NCBI GenBank assembly: GCA_002269645.1
Contig: NIVC01003156.1
Span: 52,003-116,002 of the forward strand
DNA: 64,000 nucleotides
Direction: 5' to 3'
DNA from: Macrostomum lignano
Lineage: Eukaryota
The notes below the pieces were generated by a model, which saw only the letters and a list, made by a program, of their open reading frames with translations, was not told the origin of the DNA and ran no database searches. Positions 11,387-33,639 of the stretch are shown here, in pieces. The position numbers and the translations under genes were made by a program. Positions within the stretch are counted from its first letter, which is position 1. Each line of letters opens with the position of its first letter.

Positions 11387-12231
11387 GTTTGCATGCAATG
11401 AAAGTTTTATTATAGAAAATTAATACAACCACGAGATACTTCAGCTTTGTTTTATTATAGTCTTTGTATCAAAATAGTTAGATTGTTTGTGGTCAAATTT
11501 GAAGAGGATTGGTAAAATTGGAGTGGCGCTTTGGAGGATTTAGTGAAAAACTTGGCACTTTTTAGCAGTTTTTTGCACTTTTAGGTAGGAAGACTTGGAT
11601 TCAGGAAATTTTAAGGTAGCCTAAGACTTTCTTCATAGTGAGTTTAGGGTGAGTGCAAAATTTGGTGTAATTTGGTTTTTAGTTGAGCAGTTTGGGAGTC
11701 CATGGTGAACAAATTTGTACACAAACAATATTCAACAATATAAGCTTTATGCCAAAGTTTATACAAAGTTTATACAAAGTATATACAAATTTGTATACAC
11801 AGAGACAGTGTTTTCATTTTTATAGGTATAGCTAGCATAATACTAAATAAATATCAAAGAATGCATTAGAAGTTTTAAAAAAATATCATATAAAACTTTT
11901 AGAACAAAATGTTTTAAAAGCCTAATATAGTAACTTGTTAATATAAAAATCGATTTGTGCATTTATCTACACTTTTTTTATAAAAGGTTATAAATATAGT
12001 AATTAAAAATAAAGAAACTTACTTTAAATATTTTGATGCAATACTAACTTTTAATAGTCCTTATCCTTATGATCAACATTAGCTTATAACTTAATCAAAA
12101 CTATGTTATTATAATGAATTATCTTTCAATACCATTAAATTAGGCTTAACATAACATTTCAAAAAAATTCCATTTTTATCATAAAGGTATAGGTTACTTC
12201 TAATTATAATATGCATGTACATGTACACATA

Positions 12232-12517
12232 CATACATGCGCAACAGTTGGCCGATCCAGCCAACTGATTTGGCGGCCAACCAAGGAAGTTGCAAAAATG
12301 CCCACCTGAAAAAACACCCAAGTAGAAGTACTAAGTAGCTGACGAGGCATTTTGGCTTAATAAGACAGTCATAGTTACTACTGCCATTTACCCAAAGTTG
12401 CGTTAGTTTGCTTTAGGGTTTTTTACATGTAAGTTGCATTTTTGGCCAAAAACTGTCGCATTTTTTGTCAAAACTAAGTCACACGGCCGACCAAATTGTG
12501 GAGGTTGCGCATGTATG
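12232..12517. mobile_element. hAT-type MITE (286 bp)
   Basis: Perfect 14-bp TIR CATACATGCGCAAC; 8-bp TSD TACACATA at 12224-12231 and 12518-12525. Confidence 0.9.
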
Positions 12518-13048
12518 TACACATAGCTAGGGCTAGGCCTACTCAACTAGATATATTTTCAATTTGTACACTATGCTGTGCTATTAGAAATGTACACAGA
12601 TTTAAGAAAATTAGGTGCAATCAATAAATGCCTAGGTGCAAAGAATTAAAACAACTTTGAAAAAACTTCCAACAAACCATACTCTAGATCATGTTGAGTC
12701 TGAGTGAATGTGACAAACCATACTAGAACCCAATGGCAGAATCTGGCCAATTGCTAAACAGATACAAGGGGGTTTAAAGTTCCTAGAAAATGTAGCTTAA
12801 AAATTTGCAAATCAAACAAAACCTAACTAGCAGTTAAGAGTTAGATATTTTACATTTGCTTTTAAAATTTAAGCTTAATTAGTTGTAATGATGCGCTGCA
12901 TTGCAATAGCCAAAGTTTGGCTAAAAATTTTCTACCTGCCACAGTAGCATAGCTGACTGAATGCAACAGGCAAATGGCAATATAGGTCTAGTTTTGGTTA
13001 GATAGCTCAGTGGCCACTTGTCTCCAGATGCTGTGTAAGGCTCTTTAG

Positions 13049-13341
13049 CATACATGCGCAACCCCCCTGATTTACACTAGCCATGCGACTTACTTTTGAC
13101 CTACTTACTTACTTTACTTACTTACGACCAAAAATGCAACTTACCTGTGAAAGAAACCCTAGAGCAACATTGATGCAATTTTGAGTAAACAGCAGGAGTA
13201 ACTATGTTTGTCTTATAAGGGCTAAATGCCTCGTCATCTAATTAGTACTACACGTATTCTTTGGGGTGGGCATTTTTGCAATTTACCCCTGGTCCACCAC
13301 AATTTACGTTGGCTAGATTGGCCAGCAGTTGCGCATGTATG
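13049..13341. mobile_element. hAT-type MITE (293 bp), inverted sibling of 12232-12517
   Basis: Same TIR; 8-bp TSD CTCTTTAG at 13041-13048 and 13342-13349; interior is the reverse complement of the first copy, with divergence. Confidence 0.9.
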
Positions 13342-13578
13342 CTCTTTAGGATCAAGCGCCATCTTAGGACCTATTTGATAGTATATGGGTGGGTGGTTTG
13401 CATGCTTCTGCTGCCACTTAACAACTTTGGATTATCCTTGCAAGACAAAGGGCAAGTTGTTGTTGCTGTTGAATGCCACATAGATTAAGATCAGAAAGTG
13501 ATAATTTGCTAGTTGGAGCAACTTGTTGGGATATTGGATTCTACCATCATTAAGATCTTGCAATAGCACCTTGACTTG

Positions 13579-13824
13579 CATACATGTGCAACCTTGGGAT
13601 TCACCTGGCCATTTCTATTAGCAACACACACATGTAAGTTGCTATTGGCTGAGAGCAGTCACGTGAATACTATTCTGTCCAAAACAACAACAAAATATGC
13701 TATCAAGATGGCAAAAGTCAGTGTCACAGGGCGCGCTTCATTCTGTCCAATAGCAATTTATGTGTGTGTGTGTGTGTTGCCAATAGAAACAGCTGGATGA
13801 ATTCCTAGGTTACGCACAAGCATG
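13579..13824. mobile_element. Palindromic hAT-type MITE (246 bp)
   Basis: Ends CATACATGTGCAACC.../...GGTTACGCACAAGCATG; 8-bp TSD TTGACTTG on both sides; long internal inverted arms. Confidence 0.88.
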
Positions 13825-15800
13825 TTGACTTGACATGTCTGCTTGCTAAGAACCTCAACATAGACAGATGCAAGCTTGCGTGGAGTTTGCAGACCATATA
13901 GCAAGCGACCAGGTTTGACAAAGGCTGCTCAAAGTTGGTGGATAACATCTTCATTCGTGATTAAATCTAAGGCAGGGCTAGGCCTAGGTCCAAGGTGCCC
14001 ACACATTTTGAGCAAATAAAATAAAGGAGATTTAATTTGGTAATGTAACAATATCTAGACCTAAACATACATCACTCATTTGTTATGTTTATAGGCCTAC
14101 TTTAACAAACTGTTATAACCTGCAGATTTTGAACCCTCCGAGTTCTAATCACTGGAACAATATTTTTAAATCTGAAGTCATACTCTAACAAAATCCTAGT
14201 TAGAATAGAGGTAAAAAAATTGGAATAAATTTGTGGTAAATTAGGATCTAAGGATATATTGATCTTTTTAGTTAGTGTTACCATGGACTGACAGGCAGTG
14301 TCTATCTAAGGCCTATATAAACAAACTCTGGCCTCTTGCCTCTGCTATCTAATATTGTGGCTAACTTATGATTGATGCTTTATGGTTTGTTCAATTAATA
14401 ACTAATCATATATACAAAACCATTTTATTGAGACTTACAAACTATTCTTTACATAACTTTATCTAGGAAAATAAAAAAGTCATTAGAATAGTCTTCTTAA
14501 AAATGATTATTTAAAAGGACGTCTAAACTGATAATATTAAATATGTATTATGTGCTAAAAATCCTTGGACAGGAGCTAAAGTGGCTAAAATAAAGGAGAA
14601 AGTCCAAAAATCTTCTAAATAAAGGAGAAAAAGGAGATAAAGGAGGGGTTTGCCAAAAAAGGAGATAAAGGAGAATGATAAAAGAGGGCACAGTTGCAGT
14701 GGCAGACACACTGTAGGCCCTAATGTAGATCTACTTCTACAACCCAAAGACCAAAGAGCAAAAAAAGTAGGCAGTGGGTCACTTGAGCAGTGGGCATGGA
14801 GATTCATTTACATAGTGTTTATATGGCATTCTTTTGTTTTACAATCCCCATTCCTAGGCACTTTTTTTATACAATCCCCGTGTAAAAGATGCAATGAAAG
14901 AATATAGACACCAAAGGACTAGAAATGTATCCATCAAAGAGTCAAAGTCACTGCACTAAGGCAGTTTCAAAAGCTGTCTATTTTCAAGGCAATCAAACAA
15001 AGCCTGGACAAGAGTCTTCACAAGAGTAGTATAGGAGCCTCCCTATATTCACTTTTGTTATACAATCATTTAAATGGAGGAAGTGTATGGAAAGGGATCA
15101 GATAACAAAACTTAGGCTTTTCATCAATTTCGTAATATGATCCCTCAAGTCAGAAATTTGTTTGCAGGGGATTGTATATCAAAAGTGAAATTTAGATATT
15201 GTAGGCTACTAATTATATATAAAGTAAAGATAGTTCATACGACTTGTTTGATGCCTGCCTGACACCCCCCTCACTTTTGTTTTATGATCCCCTTATAATA
15301 CGGAGAGCATTGTTTCATGCTATCGGGGATTGTATAACGAAAGTGAGTGGGGGTAAAAAAAGATGTATGTCTGAATATGTGAATGAATCGTATAGAACGA
15401 CCCAGGAGACTTCTTTTTATTGGCCATTGCTGAAATTTTTATAAGGTGTTTTTTTGCATGTTAGGTACACGATCCCTTCTAAACAATTTTTTGCTCGTAT
15501 TACATTACAGGGATCGTATTACAAAATTGACAAAAAGCCTAAGTTTTGTTATCCGATCCCTTTCCATACATTTCTTCCATTTAAATGATTGTATAACGAA
15601 AGTGAATATAGTGACATTCCTACTATTGCCAAGAAGATTCATGGCTTACAATAAATTAGGGTAATTGTTGCAGCACCAATCAGGCGTGGATCCAGGAAAT
15701 TTTGTACGGGGGGCGCAGATTACTAAGCTTACCAACTACTACAACTAGTTCAACATAACAACAAAGAAATTTAAAAAGTAGTTGGTACAGTGAGGCAGGA

Positions 15801-15972
15801 CATACATGCGCAACCTTGGGAATCACTCGGCCGTTTCTATTGGCAACACACACATGTAAGTCGCTATTGGCTGAGAGCAGTCACGTGACTACTATTCCGT
15901 CCAATAGCGACTTACATGTGTGTGTTGTCAATAGAAACGGCCGGGTGAATCCCTAGGTTGCGCCCAAGCATG
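15801..15972. mobile_element. Palindromic hAT-type MITE (172 bp), same family as 13579-13824
   Basis: CATACATGCGCAACCT...AGGTTGCGCCCAAGCATG; 8-bp TSD AGGCAGGA on both sides. Confidence 0.88.
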
Positions 15973-15993
15973 AGGCAGGAGCAATGTTGTGAT

Positions 15994-16386
15994 TAGAGGT
16001 TGGACGGGATCCCGATCCCAATCCCGAAATCTCGGGATCCCGAGGAAAATTGAATTCCCGCGGGACCAGAATCCCGACCCTAAAAAACTCGAGATTCGGG
16101 AACAGGTCTTTCGATTAATAATTTGTAGAATTAGTGATTACTTGAAAGTATTTTGCTTTAACTTGTACTTGTTACATTATTTACTTTGTTGGTTTCAAAA
16201 CTTCATATCAATTTTGTTGTGTTTTACTTTTTGATCTTGACAATCTTTTCTCAATTTTGTTTAACTTTACATGGACAATACACTAAAAGACCGGATCCCG
16301 ATTCCCGAATCCCGATCCCGATCCCAAGAAAAAAATTATTCCTGATCCCGATCCCGCCCGAAGATTTCAATCCCGTCCAACCTCTA
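15994..16386. mobile_element. hAT-type MITE (393 bp) with GATCCC subterminal repeats
   Basis: Perfect 17-bp TIR TAGAGGTTGGACGGGAT; 8-bp TSD GTTGTGAT at 15986-15993 and 16387-16394. Confidence 0.93.
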
Positions 16387-19300
16387 GTTGTGATTAGCTT
16401 TGCATACGCTTGCCACTCACTCTTGCTCCTCTCATCTCATTTAGAGTCATTTTCTTGATTGGTGACTCTACTTTTATTAATTTCATTATTCAATCATATG
16501 TGGCCATATATAAAAAATTAAACAATCAAACTTGATGGGGGGCTCGCCCTTTGCGCCCCCCCCCTAAATCCGCTACTGGCACCAATTCAAACTTGAGAAA
16601 CATGACGCGAAACTAACTGGAATATAGGTACACGATCCACTGTACTCCACTGATATGTAATGTAAGCAAGACTCCTATCCTTTACATAGGGGATCATATA
16701 ACGAAAGTGCCATTTTCTATAGGACAAATGTAAGGGGATCGTAAAACGAAAGAATGCCATTTATATTACTATTACATGTTAGCTTAGCCTTAGCTGTACT
16801 CAGTAGGGCTAGGCCTAGCCCTAGCTAAATTCATTCAAAGAATTTTATCCAGACCAGCCCAACCTTGTAATTTGCCAAAACAAATAGGGCATATTATTAA
16901 AAGCTATACTCAAGACTTGTAATTAGAATCTAAATTCGCCTAGAACTAGATTCCTAGAACAAGTTACCATAATATGCAGGCAGAGTAGGCCTAGAATTAT
17001 ATATGTCCGATCCGATTTAGAGCACAACACACCAACTAACAGAATACAAGCGAATTATTGATTATATAACAAACCCTGTTAGACGAAAAATGGGAGCAGG
17101 CGAAGGCAAGCACTAGTCAAGGAACACGTTATACAAGATATTAGATAGGGCCTATGAAATAATCAAAGATTGAAGACGGAATTGCGCACAGTGTGCCAGC
17201 AATAGCAATTCCTGCGCGCGCGTGAGAAACTACTGTTTAAAAAACAAAAAATATTGCTTTAGAGGAAGTAGTTTAGATTGATCTTTTAATACCATAGGTA
17301 TTTAGTTTTATTAATATAAGCAATTAGAATTAGGAATTATTTTCTCTAAATGTGCATGGACTCTTTGTTATAACTGTAACTACTGTAAATGCTTTTTTTA
17401 ATGTTGCAGAACGATTAGATTTTTTACTCTCGGGTCGTTCTCAAATTCTGGGAGGAGCGAAAATTTTAACAATTTTCGGAACATTTACTATTGTTACTGC
17501 CGTATTGAAAATAATAGGACACTTTCATCTGTGAATAAAGATAATTTTTGGGTTCAAATTTATGTTGCAAAAGTGTTTTAAGTTGTCTTGCGGTATTAGG
17601 CGATATTAGGTGATGAAAAAATTCAAATTCAATCACTTCACCGATGTCCTAATTTTTGACACTATGATGTCTGTAGCTAAAAAAAGTTGTTGTTGTGTTG
17701 AAAACTTGCTATATTACATTTAAAATGAAAGCTTATATAAATTTAATTTAGGATTTTTTTAAAGCTTAATAAACTGCACTATAAATGATTTTATAGACGC
17801 TTAACTGTGCGCCTAGCATTTCCGGTGGGATAGCCTCTTTGCGTCTCACAAAATGTATTTTTCAGCTGACGTCTAGAATGTGCGCTTAAAATGATACATT
17901 TTGATGCAGATAATTAGAAAAACATGTCTTATTATCTTTTTGTAAAAAATTGTTATGAAATAGAGCACTATTGTTGATAAAAATAATTAAAAGCAACCAT
18001 GCATCGCAATAAACTCCTACTTTGAAGCACAAAATACATATCCTGTAACCACACTAGCATTCTCCATGGAGCACCTTTTGAGCTGAAATTTTACACAGAT
18101 ATCCAGTAAAGTAAACTGAGCAAATGATTTTTTTTGTTTTTGAAAATACTTCAATTTGGCTATGTATCAGTTAGTTCATTGAACATATTTATTATATTTT
18201 TATTAGAATCCTTGTAACCAAGCTACAGAGAAACATGTGCAAAACTGGACCTTGAAATTTGACCTGAATGATCAGCAAATGTGTATCTCGAAATGATTTT
18301 TTTTGTTTTCATCAAGTCATTCTATGCTAATTTTTTCTGAAGGGAAAGATACCATGTATTTAGAGTCAATAGGGGAAGCATTTAGACTTATTCAATAGTC
18401 ATTAAAATTGCAACTATATTATTATAATATAGTAATAATATTATACATGTATTATATAGTAATATTAACTTCTAAGATGCCCTTATAAATTTAAGTAAAG
18501 ACAACAGGCCTTAATTAATTAATCAGCATTTTGAAGAAACTGACCTTATACAGATGGGCCCCAAGCTAAGAAATGAATGTAGAGCTTATTTCGTGTAAGG
18601 TATAAAAATCAATTTATTATAATATTAAATACTCCTAATAAATTGGTTAAATTAGTTATTTACCTTGAATTAATTTAATTTAATAATTAAATATATAAAT
18701 TTGTTTCACTTCTTACTGCATTTAAATAGAGTACCTCTCTACTATACTATAGAAGTATAGTAAAAGTATATGGTAAAAAAGTATAGTAAAAAATTTTCTT
18801 TGGTTTAATCCCAGCTTGCCTCAGTTTTTTAGTCTTAATACGAGCTAGATAGTAAGTGTTGATTAATTTGCTCCATCACCTTTTGCCACGGAAACAGCAC
18901 ATGTCGGACATGCAACACTCTTCCTGATCCCTGGATTCAAGATGACTGCTTCTGCTTCTTCAATGCTTGAAAACTGAGCTCATGGAGCTTTAGGTTATGC
19001 TGTCAGAGTGCTGCTGCCGGTGCTGTGTGTGTATGTGTGTGTCTTCTGCGGGTAGGTTCCCTGTCCCTCAGTTTAGCCACTGTTGTGGGCTAACTGGAGG
19101 AATTGCCGTTGTCGGTGCTGCAGGTGGCACTGCATGGTAGTATTGACGCTGTCAGTGACGCTGGCAAAGGCTTGGACGAAGCTAGGTGCCGTCATTGTCA
19201 GGAGGACATGCGTGTGCTGCTTAGACCAGTGCGCACATTCGACTGGACTCGTATCTGGTGCAGTCTGGTGTATTCACTGAGATTGTGTGGATCTGCCTCC

Positions 19301-21547
19301 TCGCATCACCTCAACCAGGCTCAATTTCTTTTGTAGAATTTTCGTGCGCTGCTTAACTGCATCTTGTGCCTGCTGAGTGATGCCAAGAATTGTGCCACAC
19401 AATAATTTGGCCCATAAACTACTCGTATATTATACATATGTATGCACAGCACACACACACGCTGCGCGCACTCGTGCATAGACCATTTAAGCACGCAAAA
19501 TCGATGTATGAATCCTACATTAAACGTACTAGTTAATGGAATTCTCATCTCATGAGCTCTAGTCTATGGACAAACCTGAAATTACTAGAATATCTAGACA
19601 GATCTAAACTTCTTTGAGCAGCGCGCTGCGCTGCGAGCAAATACATGTAGATTCCTTAGCGCAACTAATTAATAGTGTAGTACAGTCTACAGCCTGAAGT
19701 AGCCTGTGTAAGATGCGGAGGGATGATTTTTGCATAGGAAGCCACTACGGTAAGGTTGATGGAACTATGGGGAGGTGAGAGATTCAAAGCGAGGGACGGA
19801 AGCCATGCATAGTTCGATCATAAGTTTGATTATTGCATGAGTCTGGGGATGCATTAACGAGAGGCAGACGAGAGCATAGAAATAAAGCGGGCTAAATATA
19901 TTAATACACAAAATTACATGTACTAGCTAGTAATTTCAGAATGGTCAGCGACTCCTCCGATTTGTATCCGCGACCGCGTGCCCACAAATCCCCCGGCAGA
20001 CCCTGTCGCAGTTGGTGGTTGTGCACAGAATACAATGTTAATTTTCGAGCTTCTCTGCAAAAAATGCGTGATGCACTCAAGATGTGTGCTATAGTCTACT
20101 TCTTTGATTGATGGCTGGGTTTTGCCTTTTCGCTTGTGATCATCAAAAGCTTGGGCGTCATTGCTACTGGTGTTTCAGTGTGCGCATTATGTCTGGTTAT
20201 CATATTATGTGCATGTGCAGTGTCTTTTACCTACATTTTTGTTTGTCTCTGTTTCCTGCATGCTCTTTCGCATTTTTACACCTCGCACATCCTCATTTTT
20301 CTCAATTAACAAGTGAAATCTTTTCTTAAAGACTAATTGCTATTTTAGTTAAGCTAGTAGGTTTTTGGTATTTAAATAATTCAATTTTGTCTATTTTCCA
20401 AAAAGTTTCAAAAAATGAATTAATTAAAATAAATTTGAATTATTTTAGGTTAATTGGAGTAAAATGTCTAATAAGTAACTATGATTTTTTATTTTAAGTA
20501 CATGTAGCTTTGGTATAAGTATTAATGTAATGAGTACTTAAATTAAAATTCAAGCAAGTTATAGTTTTCAGAAATTATGCTACAAATAATCAAATATATA
20601 CTAGTATCTGAATTCCTTTATTAAGGAACATGCAGTCGATATTAAATCCACAATGTGCTTTTTGGTGTTCAAGGATAGTTCCCTGACTTTTTCTATTATT
20701 AGTTAGATTTTATTATATTTAATGTAAAAATGAACAATTCTATTCAAGGTAAAAATGAACATTCTTTATTTGTCGAATCATCTTGCCTTTGAAAAGATAC
20801 ATAGTGAAAACTTGATTTTTAATTCAACCTTTCAAGACTTATTTAGACTTCTCAATTCAGTGATTAGTTAAACTGATCGAAGTTCTTTCGAGTGCATGCT
20901 ATAATAATTTCGCACTTTTTCGCACACGATAATTTTAAATGTCTGGGATTTGGAGCAGAGTAACAAAATGCTGTGCTCAAAAACATTTCCTTTGTCAATT
21001 TCTTGTTCTTTTATTTTTGCAAAAGAAATTTAACTGCATATTTAAAATAAAAATGGAAGAAAATTTTATTTTCTCTTTAATATTTTTGTCGTTTATTTTC
21101 CGCAACAAAGAATAACAAATAGCCTTGATTTCTTCTCAATTTCAAGTTTTCTTGTGGTTTTAGTAGCAGCTTCTTACAGAAATTGTCAAAAGAATTTTTT
21201 TTGTACGATTATTGGTCGATGTATAAACTTTTTTTGCAATAACAAAAAGTTGTGACCTAGCTTTGAGAACGACCCTCTCACAAAAGAAAAATAGGCCCTA
21301 GCTACTGTTACTCAATCCATTCTTATTTATTATTGCAAAGACATATTGAGGTTTTCCAGGTATCTTTAATCTATAGTGAATAGTTTGCTTAGCTCAAAAA
21401 GACTGATTATTAGCTTAGCTAATTGCTAGTTATCTCGAGCGGACTATCAGACCTACTACTTACACGTACAATTGTTTGATTCTTTGCAATTTAAGTGCTT
21501 TGTTTTTACTAATTTTATGCAAATATTTGCCTTAAACTGACTATAAA

Positions 21548-30716
<9,169 letters not shown>

Positions 30717-30777
30717 TCAAAATCTTTTCAGATGTTGTTTTTCATTTTTTAATCTTTTTTTGAATACGTCTTATGAC

Positions 30778-30783
30778 AATAAA
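30778..30783 (+). terminator. Putative polyadenylation signal of KATNAL2
   Basis: AATAAA about 60 nt after the stop codon. Confidence 0.5.
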
Positions 30784-31216
30784 AAGGTTATATAGGAATT
30801 CCCATTTTGCTAATGTAAAATATTCGGGAATCTATGAAAACTATAAGGTATGTTTCAATCATATTGTTTCTTATATTATTAAAAAAACTTTTTTGGTGCC
30901 TATATGCGTTAATTTTATGTATTTCGTTTACATTGCTCAATTTTTTTTCGAATTGTAAAAAGCTGCTTTCTTTCGAATTCCTTTCTCTAAAATTGGCCTT
31001 GACATATCCGCCGAGCTTTGAGCTTTGATTTCCGGTTAGGAAAAAATTATCAATTGTAAATTCGTACTCAATGTTTGTGCATGTACATTACACTGTTTAG
31101 ATACTGTTGTTGTCTTATAATTCCAAAGAACTAGAAGATCTTGGTTTTAAGACACAATTGAAGAAAATATTTTATACTTAGATTTAATTTAAGTTTTGTT
31201 TATCCTTTAGCAAATG

Positions 31217-31780
31217 TGAGTGTACAGTGGGGTAAGAGATCTTCAAGTGGATTTACTTGGCCTCAGTGAGTGTACAGTGGGGTAAGAGATCTTCAAGTGG
31301 ATTTACTTGGCCTCAGTGAGTGTACAGTGGGGTAAGAGAGCTTCAAGTGGATTTACTTGGCCTCAGTGAGTGTACAGTGGGGTAAGAGATCTTCAAGTGG
31401 ATTTACTTGGCCTCAGTGAGTTTACAGTGGGGTAAGAGATCTTCAAGTGGATTTACTTGGCCTCAGTGAGTTTACAGTGGGGTAAGAGATCTTCAAATAG
31501 ATTTAATCGGCCTCAGTAAGTGTACAATTGGGTAAGAGATCTTTACTTGGCCTCAGTGAGTGTACAATGGGGTAAGAAATCTTCAAATAGATTTAATCGG
31601 CCTTAGTGAGTGTTGAGTGGAGGTAAGCGATCTTCAAGTGGATTTAATTGGCCTCAGTAAGTGTGCAATGTGGTAACAGATTTTTACTTGGCGTCAGTGA
31701 ATGTACAGTGGGGTAAGAGATTTTTAAGTAGATTTCATTGCCTCAGTTAGTGTACAGGGCGTGGGGTAAGAGATCCTCCA
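31217..31780. repeat. 50-bp minisatellite (TGAGTGTACAGTGGGGTAAGAGATCTTCAAGTGGATTTACTTGGCCTCAG), about 11 copies, decaying rightwards
   Basis: Direct tandem repetition. Confidence 0.94.
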
Positions 31781-32604
31781 ATTAGAAATAAGTGGGGTAA
31801 AAGACTTCTGAAGACCAGAATACGAGCGTAGGTGACATATTTGACTTGGACAGAAACACAAGTAGTCTTTATTTCTGTGTTAGATCACTTTTTGCGTCCG
31901 TGCAAAAAATGAACAAGTAGCTACGCGTGCAATTCGAGGTACTGTCAATTTTCCACGGGATTTAGCTCTATCTATAGTCAAGACTGTCCGAAAAGACTAT
32001 CATGAAAGCCCACTATTAAGACTTAACTATACTATTAATCTGCGAAAGACGTGTAATCCCGCCTGCGTTAACGACGATCATCGTGTGCTGCTTAAAATTC
32101 GAAGTGGATTTTTTTCGAGCTAAGAACAGCCAATAGAGGTGCAATAATTGGATTTAGAACTGCTTATTAGAGTTGATAGTGTAGAGAATCTCACTAGTTC
32201 GGCCTCGGGTGGACTAGAGGTATAATTTTCTCTAGGGACTTCATTATTCTAATCAAATAAGGCGATGCCGAATGAAGATGGCATCTAATTACTATACCTG
32301 CTTGCCTTCAATCCGACAAAACACGAAGCTGACGTAGTTGAGTAGCTGGTTCATAGCTAAAAACTCACCAATATCGCCAAGAAATTCACAAATAAGTAAG
32401 TAAGTAAGTAAGTAAATAAGTAAATGAAGTAAGTAACTACGCTAGTAAGTAAGTAATTTGTCTTGAATAAATGGTTGAACCAAGCCCCAGATGCTTATAA
32501 ATGCGGTCTTAATCAGACTGAAATTTAGTCATATTTACTTATTTACTTACTTAGTCCGAGCTGTCGAACAGACAAAGCCGAAGACCATGTTCCCGCCCAC
32601 ATCT

Positions 32605-32860
<256 letters not shown>

Positions 32861-33058
32861 ACAAACGAAGTAACTAGCTAGGTAACTAACTATTAACAAA
32901 AGAACTATTTTGATTAACAAAAGAACTAAGAGAACTGCTTAACTTTTGGATTTTGTTTATTGGACAGAAACTAGTTGATTCTGTGGTAAATTCAGGAATG
33001 AATTAAAAGGTACACGTGGTACTGAAACATATTCATAATGTGCTGGTTAGGGTACAAC

Positions 33059-33639
33059 TTGACTTGACTTAGCTGCAGGGGGCGTCCGGCGGATGCAGCG
33101 AGGAGGCGGAGGAGACCGCCCATTCCGCTAGCCCTAATGACTTCCGTTGAAGTGGTGTCGCTCAGGGGGACCCGTCGGTCTCGCCTGCAGCGCGGTCCTC
33201 CTCACCGACGGTGGGGAAGAAATCAGCTCTTCCTGTGTCCCTGAGGTACCGGGCGAGCAGCGGGATGCTCTCGGGCCTGCAAACGTCGGAGAACCGGCAG
33301 AACCGGGTTTGGCCCGAGGTGAGTGAGCCTGGCCCTGGTGAAAACCGGGCAGTGGCAGATAAAATGCTCGGCGTTTTTACTGCCTGAGCGGCAGAAGGGG
33401 CACCGCTCCTCGGGTACTTGGCCCTGAAGGAAACGGTGGCGAGAGAAGCAGCCATGCCCGGAGAGGGCCATGCTACCTGCTCTGAGGTCTCTGCGGTTGA
33501 GCATGAGGAGGGCTCTACGCAGAAGAGGAGAGGGGCAGGGGACGGCCGCACGGGATTGCCTACAATTCCGGGTGTCGCGCCACCTGCGGAGATGCTCGGA
33601 GTCAGTCCAGCGCTTAACGCGAGAGTTGATCACCGAGGC
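33059..33639 (-). mobile_element. 3' fragment of an I/R1/Tad1-type LINE (C-terminal CCHC finger)
   Basis: Minus-strand ALSGHGCFSRH...CPFC...NAEHFICHCPVF..AR..HLG; short (AAGTC)n tail; 12-bp TSD TTAGGGTACAAC at 33047-33058 and 33640-33651. The clade is approximate. Confidence 0.85.

Larger units (their letters stand above)
15681..16578. mobile_element. hAT-type MITE hosting two nested MITEs
   Basis: Termini CAGGCGTGGAT / ATCCGCTACTG; exact 8-bp TSD GCACCAAT at 15673-15680 and 16579-16586. Confidence 0.85.
14823..16760. mobile_element. Foldback-like host element with two pairs of long inverted arms; exact termini uncertain
   Basis: ATGGCATTCTTTTGTTTTACAATCCCC (14823) is the inverse of GGGGATCGTAAAACGAAAGAATGCCAT (ends 16760); inner ~103-bp arms at 15043-15145 and 15509-15611; no TSD found. 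Confidence 0.55.

Noticed and set aside
18840-20330. Short Cys-containing peptides on the minus strand (KSVACPTC, CARCKNAKRAC) suggesting a decayed transposase
   Set aside because: Frames are broken by many stops, and I found no diagnostic motif or termini.
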